64,000 nt of DNA, from positions 1 through 64,000 of the forward strand of contig JBGSVZ010000050.1 in the NCBI GenBank assembly GCA_041752695.1, given 5' to 3'. The notes under the pieces were generated by a model that saw only the letters and a program-made list of their open reading frames with translations, had not been told where the DNA came from and ran no database searches. Made by a program: the position numbers and the translations under genes. Shown here one piece after another: positions 57,521 to 64,000 of the stretch. Source of the stretch: Terrimicrobiaceae bacterium (lineage in GTDB: Bacteria > Verrucomicrobiota > Verrucomicrobiia > Chthoniobacterales > Terrimicrobiaceae). Numbering within the stretch: the first letter of the stretch is position 1; every line of letters starts with the position of its first letter.

Positions 57521-57549
57521 TTGACATTACGCAAATTTCTCCCCATCCT
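57521..57549 (+). promoter_or_regulatory. Putative sigma70 promoter of HU
   Basis: TTGACA, 17-nt spacer, CATCCT upstream of ATG 57596. Confidence 0.5.
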
Positions 57550-57595
57550 CCGCTCCACCTTTGTTAGGTGCAACTCCAGCTTTCTCAAAATTCAA

Positions 57596-57865
57596 ATGAA
57601 TAAAGTCGAACTCATCGCCGCCGTCCAAAAATCCCTCGGAACCAGCAAAGCTGATGCCGAGCGCGCTGTTAACTCCGTCATCGACAGCATCAAGGCAGGC
57701 GTCAAAAAAACCAAGAGCGTTCAGCTCATTGGCTTCGGAACTTTCAAAGTTGCTACCCGCAAGGCCCGCGTTGGCGTCAATCCCAAGACTGGCGCGAAAA
57801 TTAAGATCAAGGCGTCGAAGACTGTGAAGTTCGTCGCTGGTAAATCTTTCAAGGCCCTCGTGTAG
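57596..57865 (+). CDS. hup: Histone-like DNA-binding protein HU
   Basis: MNKVELI, VQLIGFGTF, GVNPKTG, VKFVAGK. Confidence 0.96.
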   Translation: MNKVELIAAVQKSLGTSKADAERAVNSVIDSIKAGVKKTKSVQLIGFGTFKVATRKARVGVNPKTGAKIKIKASKTVKFVAGKSFKALV

Positions 57866-57883
57866 GGATTTCCCCCCCGCACC

Positions 57884-57930
57884 GAGAAAACCCGTTTCGC
57901 CATGGTGGCAAAACGGGTTTTCTCATTTTT
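57884..57930 (+). terminator. Rho-independent terminator after HU
   Basis: GAGAAAACCCGTTTCGCCA-TGG-TGGCAAAACGGGTTTTCTC stem (one mismatch) followed by ATTTTT. Confidence 0.8.
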
Positions 57931-57983
57931 AGGCAAGTTTTGCCTTGGGAATTTTGGGCGAATTCATTAGTTTTACTAATGTT

Positions 57984-58967
57984 ATGAAATCTCCCATTAA
58001 AGTCGCAGTAACCGGCGCGGCCGGTCAAATTGGATACGCTCTTCTTCCCCGCATTGCCGCCGGAGGAATGTTCGGGCCGGATCAACCGGTGATTCTGCAG
58101 TTGATTGAAGTTCCGGTCGAAAAGGCCATGAAAGCTCTGGAAGGCGTCGCGATGGAACTCGACGACTGTGCCTTTCCTCTGCTCAAGGGGATTGTCCTGA
58201 CGGACGATGCCAAAGTCGGTTTTGCCGATGCCAACTGGTGTTTGCTGGTGGGTGCCAAACCCCGCGGGCCCGGCATGGAGCGGGCGGATCTCCTGAAGGA
58301 CAACGGGAAAATTTTCACGGCGCAAGGGAAGATCATCGACGAAGTCGCGGCGGAAAACGCCCGCGTTGCGGTGGTGGGAAATCCCGCCAATACCAATTGT
58401 ATGATTGCCGCCAGCAAAGCGCGTCGCCTCACCGCAGACCGTTTCACCGCGATGGTGCGGCTGGATCAAAATCGCGCGCAAAGCCAGCTCGCGAAGAAGG
58501 CCGGGGTGGAAACGACGGACGTGAAGGATATTTTCATTTACGGCAACCACAGTCCGACCATGTTCCCCGCCTTTGCCCACGCCACCATCTCCGGCAAACT
58601 TGCGACGGACGTGATTGCTGACGCCTCCTGGTTGCAGGGACCGTTTTGTGAAACGGTGGGCAAACGGGGTGCGGCCATTATTGCCGCCCGCGGAGCCTCT
58701 TCTGCGGCCTCGGCGGCGAGTTCGTTAGTGGATCACGTGCATGATCTGGTGACCCCGGGGGCGATTCATTCGATCGCGGTGAAATCCGGCGGTGCTTATG
58801 GCTTTGATCCCGAAGTCTGGGCCGGTCTGCCCGTTCGCACCACCACGCCGGGCAGCTATGAGGTCATCGAAGGTTATGCCATGGATGACTTTGCCAAGTC
58901 GAAAATCGCCACCACCAACAAAGAGTTGACGGACGAGCGTGCGATGGTGGCCGAATTGCTCGGATAG
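57984..58967 (+). CDS. mdh: Malate dehydrogenase
   Basis: [53 protein letters not shown]. Confidence 0.97.
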   Translation: MKSPIKVAVTGAAGQIGYALLPRIAAGGMFGPDQPVILQLIEVPVEKAMKALEGVAMELDDCAFPLLKGIVLTDDAKVGFADANWCLLVGAKPRGPGMERADLLKDNGKIFTAQGKIIDEVAAENARVAVVGNPANTNCMIAASKARRLTADRFTAMVRLDQNRAQSQLAKKAGVETTDVKDIFIYGNHSPTMFPAFAHATISGKLATDVIADASWLQGPFCETVGKRGAAIIAARGASSAASAASSLVDHVHDLVTPGAIHSIAVKSGGAYGFDPEVWAGLPVRTTTPGSYEVIEGYAMDDFAKSKIATTNKELTDERAMVAELLG

Positions 58968-58977
58968 ATATCGATGG

Positions 58978-59036
58978 GTAAGGGCGGGTTGTCCCAACCC
59001 GCCGTGGACGGAGGGTTGCAGAGAATTCTCTCTACC
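58978..59036. repeat. GTAG-type REP-like hairpin between convergent mdh and GT9 genes
   Basis: Perfect stem GGCGGGTTG-TCC-CAACCCGCC (58983-59003) preceded by GTAAG; a degenerate partner ends in CTAC near 59035. Confidence 0.55.
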
Positions 59037-59994
59037 TTCCCAAGACAAACTCCGCGATTCCGGCGATGTCCCTATCGCCGGGATCCCGGGGGTTTGGCAA
59101 AGCCTTGGCCGACAGATCCTGGCGACGGATTTCGCCGCCCTGCCAGAGCCAGGCGGTTTCGTCGTAGGGGCCCACCAGTCGGGGGTCACTCCAGGTGTGA
59201 ATCGAAAGAAGCGGAGTTTTTACCGCGGCGGTGATGTGCATCGGGCCGCTATCCACGCTAATGACAAAGGACGCGTGACGGATGAGCCAGATCATCTCGC
59301 TAATGGACGTGTGGTTTAGGGCATTAATGGCGTTGGCCGGCAAAGTGGGAGCGGAGCCCATTCCTGCGACCAGCACATTCAGCGGCTGCAGCGCGCGACA
59401 GAGGGCCTCGACGTGGGCCGCGGAGAGCGATTTTCCCTCGCCCCGGGCAAAGGGATGCAGCAACACGTAGGGTGTTTCGAGGCGGACCGTGGCAGGCTTT
59501 TCTCCCGGAGGCAGCCAGAATTCCGGGGTCTTTTCCTCCGGTAGCCCGAGTGTTTCCAAGCTCCGCAGATAACGCCTCACGGAATGTTCGTGGGCGTGGA
59601 CAGGGGTGGTTTCGGTGAAAAAAAACCGCGCGCCTTCGCGGGCGTCGCTCAGTCCGATGATGCGCTTCGCGCCGCTCATCCGGGCCATCAATCCGCTGCG
59701 GAGCAGCCCCTGAAGATCAAGGGCGCAATCGGGACGCAGGCGGCGCAGCCCGAACGCCCAGGGAATGGAAGCCAGTTTTCCGCCGAGGCCGCGAAATTTT
59801 TGACGGGGAAAAACCACCGTTTCGTCGATGTGGGGATTGCCCGCAAGGAGCGGCTGCCAGCGTTCGTCCACCAGCCAGGTGAGCCGGCGGCGAGGGTGCG
59901 CACGTTTCAAAGCCGCGGCGCAGGGCAGGGCGTGGATGATGTCGCCGAAGGAACCCGGCTTGACGATTAGCAGGGATTCCGTGGGCCCGCTCAA
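59032..59994 (-). CDS. GT9 lipopolysaccharide heptosyltransferase (WaaC/WaaF-like)
   Basis: KPGSFGDIIHALP, DLQGLLRS, DSGPMHITAA. Confidence 0.9.
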   Translation of the reverse strand: MSGPTESLLIVKPGSFGDIIHALPCAAALKRAHPRRRLTWLVDERWQPLLAGNPHIDETVVFPRQKFRGLGGKLASIPWAFGLRRLRPDCALDLQGLLRSGLMARMSGAKRIIGLSDAREGARFFFTETTPVHAHEHSVRRYLRSLETLGLPEEKTPEFWLPPGEKPATVRLETPYVLLHPFARGEGKSLSAAHVEALCRALQPLNVLVAGMGSAPTLPANAINALNHTSISEMIWLIRHASFVISVDSGPMHITAAVKTPLLSIHTWSDPRLVGPYDETAWLWQGGEIRRQDLSAKALPNPRDPGDRDIAGIAEFVLGR

Positions 59995-60002
59995 AACGAC
60001 GT

Positions 60003-60725
60003 CTATTTGCCGACGGCGAGACGCTCGGCGAGTTTACGCGGAAGTCCGCAGTCCAAGATGGCCTGCTGGGCTCCGGCGAGGTCATATTCAATGCGCCGGA
60101 GTTTGATTTCGTTGATGTTGGTATCGTAGATGCAATACGCGGAACGCCAGTCGGAATCGCGTGGCTGTCCGACGCTGCCCACGTTGATCAGATAACGTTT
60201 GCCCTGCTGGAGAACGAGGGTGTCGAGAGGGATCGTCCGCACGCTGCCGTCGCGCACGTAAGCCTTCGGCGTGTGGGTGTGGCCGATGAAACAGACCGAC
60301 GTGTGCTGGTAACTGAAGCTGGCCGCGGCATCGAGTTGATTAAAAACGTAGCCCCACTTGTGCGGGGTATCGAGAGTGGCGTGGACGATGGTGAAATCGC
60401 GGACCTGTCGCTGCATGCGGAGGGAACGGAGCCATTCCTTGTCGGCGGCCGAGAGCTGCTCGCGTGTCCAGTTCATCGCTTCCTCGGCCAGGGCGTTAAA
60501 GCCCTCCTGGTCACCCATCATCGAGGCCTGTTCGTCGTGGTTGCCCTTCACCACCGGGCACTCGAGTTTGCGCACGATCTCGATGCATTGTTTGGGAAAG
60601 GCGTTGTAGCCCACGACATCTCCCATGCACACGTAGTGGGTGCAGAGTTGCTCCCGGGCATCGGAAAGGACGGCGTGCAGGGCATGAAGATTGGCGTGAA
60701 TGTCGCCGAAGATCGCGAAACGCAT
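60003..60725 (-). CDS. Metallophosphoesterase
   Basis: GDIHAN, GDVVGY, GNHD, GHTH, NVGSVGQPRD. Confidence 0.93.
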   Translation of the reverse strand: MRFAIFGDIHANLHALHAVLSDAREQLCTHYVCMGDVVGYNAFPKQCIEIVRKLECPVVKGNHDEQASMMGDQEGFNALAEEAMNWTREQLSAADKEWLRSLRMQRQVRDFTIVHATLDTPHKWGYVFNQLDAAASFSYQHTSVCFIGHTHTPKAYVRDGSVRTIPLDTLVLQQGKRYLINVGSVGQPRDSDWRSAYCIYDTNINEIKLRRIEYDLAGAQQAILDCGLPRKLAERLAVGK

Positions 60726-60734
60726 GAGAAAGTA

Positions 60735-61493
60735 CTAACTGTCGGGAGAATCTATCCGTTCGGCCGGGGGAACATCCAGTTTCTTTTCAAGTTCCTTTAG
60801 CAGGGTGATCAGGGTGGGCTTCCGTTGTTCTTCACCTTTTTTGTAAAGTTTTCTCAACAGCTCGTACGCCTCGCGTTCCCGGCCGGGGCATTTGGCAAGT
60901 TCGTAGCCGGCGGCCCTGGCGATGAAGGGCGGCGCGTCGGGGAATTTTGAAGCCTGCAGGTACGCTTCCCCGGCGGCGCAATGGTCTTCCAGCTTGTCCT
61001 GGAGCAGTCTCGCCAGCGCCGCGTGCAGAAAGTAGGTATTGGGATTATTTTTGACGCCGCGTTCCAGAATATCCCGGCCGAGTTTAAAATACTGGCGCTG
61101 GTTGCGGATGCGCAGCGCTTCGCTGGGCTGGGTGGGATCATTGAGCGCGGCGATGCTGGCGTTCCACGCCATGTGCCACGCCGCCATATCCCAATACAGG
61201 GTGGAGCGCGGCTGCAGGGTGGTCACCGTGTCGAAGAGGCCGGCCATGCGGCCCCATTCGGTTTTTTCCCAGGCGTTGTGGGCCTCAATCCAAAGATAAG
61301 CCGCAAGCGGGGAGCGGAAGCCACTCAACGCGGCGAGAAATCCCATCTGGCCGACCCGCTCGCGCAGCCCGAGGTTGAGCGAAGTCTGCCGTAGATGCGC
61401 AGACTTTTGCGCCGCGTCGAGAGCATTCAACAGCGGCATGAGCAGCCCGCCGAAGACCCCGAGCAGGAGAAGGGCGAGAACGCGCCGCTTCAT
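60735..61493 (-). CDS. Conserved hypothetical membrane-anchored helical (TPR-like) protein
   Basis: N-terminal TM, SGFR...LW, LQP...W..AAWHMAWN; overlaps the stop of the ABC-2 permease. Confidence 0.75.
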   Translation of the reverse strand: MKRRVLALLLLGVFGGLLMPLLNALDAAQKSAHLRQTSLNLGLRERVGQMGFLAALSGFRSPLAAYLWIEAHNAWEKTEWGRMAGLFDTVTTLQPRSTLYWDMAAWHMAWNASIAALNDPTQPSEALRIRNQRQYFKLGRDILERGVKNNPNTYFLHAALARLLQDKLEDHCAAGEAYLQASKFPDAPPFIARAAGYELAKCPGREREAYELLRKLYKKGEEQRKPTLITLLKELEKKLDVPPAERIDSPDS

Positions 61494-62344
61494 AGCTCCC
61501 GGCCGGCAAAGACAAACGCGGCGAGCGCAAAATACACCGCCACGTAGGTCCAGCCGAGGGCGAAGGTTTTGAGAAAAATTCCCACGGGAATGGCGGCCCC
61601 CGCAATCACATCATCCGCCAGATTAAAGGCCTGCAAATCGGGAAAGAGGAGGGCGACAAGGCCGATCAGCACCCGGGTCCACCATTGCACATCCACCATG
61701 CCCTGCATCCAGTATTCCCGGGCGGTGGCCTGGAGGTGGCCGATGAAATAAATCGCGGCGGCGATCATCACGGTAAAGAGCGACGAGGTGGCAAAGGTGG
61801 AGATGAACAGGGTCATCGAAGCCAGGAGGGCGGACTTGACGAAAATGATCAGAATCCCCGGGATGAGGTTGCGGTTGAAGGTCGCGTCGGAGATCGTTTT
61901 CAACGCGAGGGTAAGATCTTCGCCCGTGAGGGTTGCCCGGGTTTCCGCGACCACGGCCTGTTCCCGCATCCAGAGCACGGCAGCAAACACGGCGGTCATC
62001 AACAGGGTGAAAAGAAAAAGCAGCATGATGATGCCGGCGAGTTTGCCCAGCAGGTAGGCGTAACGCGGCACGGGTTTGGAGAGCAGGGTGTAGATGGTGC
62101 GGTCCTCGGAATCCTTGGGCAGGAAATTGGCCGTGGCCAGAATCGCCAGGAGCGAGGTGAAGATGGACATTGCCCCGAGGCAGACATCCTTGAGCATTTG
62201 GAACTCCTCCTGAAAGGTCAGCCGGGCCATGAACACCGAACTGCCGATGGCGCAGAGGGCGAAAATGAGGAGAATGTAAAAGACCTTTTGCCGGACCAGT
62301 TCGGTGAGGGTGTTGCGGGCGATGGCAGCGATGCGGGTGAACAT
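61490..62344 (-). CDS. ABC-2 type transporter permease
   Basis: AIARNT..E..RQKVF, RTIYTLLSKPV.R..YLLGK, terminal F..REL. Start at 62344 or 62365. Confidence 0.85.
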   Translation of the reverse strand: MFTRIAAIARNTLTELVRQKVFYILLIFALCAIGSSVFMARLTFQEEFQMLKDVCLGAMSIFTSLLAILATANFLPKDSEDRTIYTLLSKPVPRYAYLLGKLAGIIMLLFLFTLLMTAVFAAVLWMREQAVVAETRATLTGEDLTLALKTISDATFNRNLIPGILIIFVKSALLASMTLFISTFATSSLFTVMIAAAIYFIGHLQATAREYWMQGMVDVQWWTRVLIGLVALLFPDLQAFNLADDVIAGAAIPVGIFLKTFALGWTYVAVYFALAAFVFAGREL

Positions 62345-62361
62345 GGCGAGCCCAGACAATG

Positions 62362-63144
62362 TCACGAAGCGCGGCGTTTGGCAGTCCGTTTTTTTGCCGG
62401 AATCGGAAAATGCGTGCCCACATCGTCGCCCGCAACCGCCGCGGGAATCTGGCCCGGTTTGTGGCCGTCGATGATCCAGGTGGGGATGCCGTGTTTGACC
62501 GCGGAATCCACCGCCTGAAGTTTGGCGCGCATGCCGCCCACGGACATCTCGCCTTTGTCGGGGCGGACGTATTGGAAAACCTCCGCGACGTCCGAGGCCT
62601 GCGGAATGCGATTTCCCGCGGAGTCGGAGAGCCCGTCAGCGGAGGTCAGGAGCAGCAGCAGGTCGGCTTCGACGAGTTGAGAAACCTCCGCGGAAAGCCG
62701 GTCGTTGTCGCCGAACCGGATCTCCTCCAGTGCGATGGAGTCGTTTTCGTTAATGATGGAAATGACATTTCCGGCCTCCGCCAGCCGGTCGAGCGTATTG
62801 CGGGCGTTTTGCCGACGCATGCGGCTGTCGATGTCGTCGTGGGTGAGCAAAAGCTGGGCAACGCGCAGGCCGTGTTTGCCGAACGAAGTGGACCACAGTC
62901 GCATCAACTCGGGCTGACCCGCCGCGGCGCAGGCCTGTTTGCCGGGCAGATCCTCGGGCCGCTTGTTCAACCCGAGGGCGTGAACCCCGGCCGCGATGGC
63001 CGCGCTACTCACCACCACGCAGGAATGGCCCGCTTTGACCAGCGAGGCGATTTCGGAGCAAAAGCGGCGGAATTGGGTGGCATCGAGGGCGCGCCCCGCG
63101 GAGCGGGAAAGGACGCCGGTGCCGAATTTGAGGACGATGCGCAT
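62362..63144 (-). CDS. proB: Glutamate 5-kinase without PUA domain
   Basis: VLKFGT, VSSAAIAAG, AAAGQ, INENDS, FGDNDRLSA, GGMRAK. Confidence 0.95.
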   Translation of the reverse strand: MRIVLKFGTGVLSRSAGRALDATQFRRFCSEIASLVKAGHSCVVVSSAAIAAGVHALGLNKRPEDLPGKQACAAAGQPELMRLWSTSFGKHGLRVAQLLLTHDDIDSRMRRQNARNTLDRLAEAGNVISIINENDSIALEEIRFGDNDRLSAEVSQLVEADLLLLLTSADGLSDSAGNRIPQASDVAEVFQYVRPDKGEMSVGGMRAKLQAVDSAVKHGIPTWIIDGHKPGQIPAAVAGDDVGTHFPIPAKKRTAKRRAS

Positions 63145-63151
63145 GGTGGAG

Positions 63152-63225
63152 GTGAGAGTGAAAGGGAAAGTGAAAATGAGAGTGAAGAGGAAAGTGCACT
63201 CCTTTTCACTCTCATTTTCACTTTC
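63152..63225. repeat. Hexamer (GTGA(A/G)A-type) tract forming a 26-bp hairpin
   Basis: GAAAGTGAAAATGAGAGTGAAGAGGA (63166-63191) pairs with 63200-63225 at 25/26 positions; loop AAGTGCAC. Confidence 0.8.
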
Positions 63226-64000
63226 ACTCCTGGAGGACCATTTCCAGGAATCCGCTTTCCAACGCGAGGGCTTCCTGGACGCCCATGGCCAGACGTCGGC
63301 GGAGTTTTTCCAAGGCGTCGATGCGGCGGAGGAGATTTGACGACGGGAACTTTTCCGCGAGGGCCTGGATGGTGGGTTCGGAGGACGCGATGCCGGTTTG
63401 CAGGCGCAAGGCCTGGCCGAGGGCGTCGAAGACGATTTGCAGCACACGATCTCGCTCCCGCAACACGGAGGCCTCGGTGAGGGCTTTGTTCTGTTCGGCC
63501 CTTTCGTTCAGCCACGAGGTGCTGTCGGAGGTTTGTTTGTAGTGCGCGGTCTGGCGTTTCAGGTCGTCGTCGTTGGCGTCGGAAATTTTTTCCCTCAGGT
63601 CGGCCAGCAAAGCCTGGACGGCTCGGGTGAACCGGAAAGCGTCCGCCGCGCCGGGCTGGGCCGGGCGGATGAGGCACTCGTCGAGCGCGCGGAGAATGGC
63701 GGCTTCCTCGGGCCCGGGGGTGCGTGGACGCAGATCGAGCAGCGCGGTCTCGACACAGCGCGAAAGAATCGTTTCGAGCATGGCCTCGGGGAGCGAACTG
63801 AGCAGGAGAATAAGGGAACCGGGAGGCGGTTCCTCCAGCGTTTTGAGGAACGCGTTGGCCGCCTGGGGTTGGAGCCGGTCGGCTTCGCAGATCACCGCGA
63901 CTTTGGCCGAGCCCATGAGCGGCTTGCGCTGCATGGATTGTTCGAGTTCGCGGATCTGGTCAATGACGATGCGGCGCGATTTCGATTCCGGCTGGACAAA
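63224..64000 (-). CDS. holB: DNA polymerase III delta-prime subunit (5' end outside window)
   Basis: Open to the window edge: PESKSRRIVIDQIRELE, KVAVI.EADRL...AANAFLKTLEEPP, TILSRC. Confidence 0.9.
   Translation of the reverse strand, partial: FVQPESKSRRIVIDQIRELEQSMQRKPLMGSAKVAVICEADRLQPQAANAFLKTLEEPPPGSLILLLSSLPEAMLETILSRCVETALLDLRPRTPGPEEAAILRALDECLIRPAQPGAADAFRFTRAVQALLADLREKISDANDDDLKRQTAHYKQTSDSTSWLNERAEQNKALTEASVLRERDRVLQIVFDALGQALRLQTGIASSEPTIQALAEKFPSSNLLRRIDALEKLRRRLAMGVQEALALESGFLEMVLQE

Overview
GC-rich bacterial chromosomal segment. Gene content and style (PEP-CTERM protein, DUF2723/TMTC-like proteins, insertion-bearing prepilin peptidase, GxxExxY gene) suggest Verrucomicrobiota or another PVC lineage; this is inference. 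The housekeeping backbone includes tRNA-Arg(ACG), lolC/E, obgE, glgA-like GT4, msbA-like exporter, pilD, gmhA, grpE-dnaJ, nnr, purA, HU, mdh, a GT9 heptosyltransferase, proB and partial holB. Accessory modules: (1) an operon of triple-domain ABC binding protein, STAS-fusion protein, permease, ATPase, UrtA-like binding protein and histidine kinase, interrupted by an inverted-repeat-flanked GxxExxY gene; (2) a GT-C-like/polyprenol-phosphate sugar synthase fusion coupled to a DUF2723-TPR gene, beside a rare-sugar cluster (HddA/HddC-NUDIX, minimal TPP enzyme pair, ColD-like enzyme, B12 radical SAM, FkbM); (3) malonate decarboxylase mdcACDEGB; (4) LuxR, PEP-CTERM GDSL esterase, two ureohydrolases and a MOSC protein. 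I also see several families of REP-like and short tandem repeats, a leaderless-promoter signature, an unannotated 46-aa membrane ORF and a decayed dehydrogenase pseudogene. No CRISPR array, rRNA, transposase or integrase was found. All family assignments come from motif recognition by eye, not database searches.
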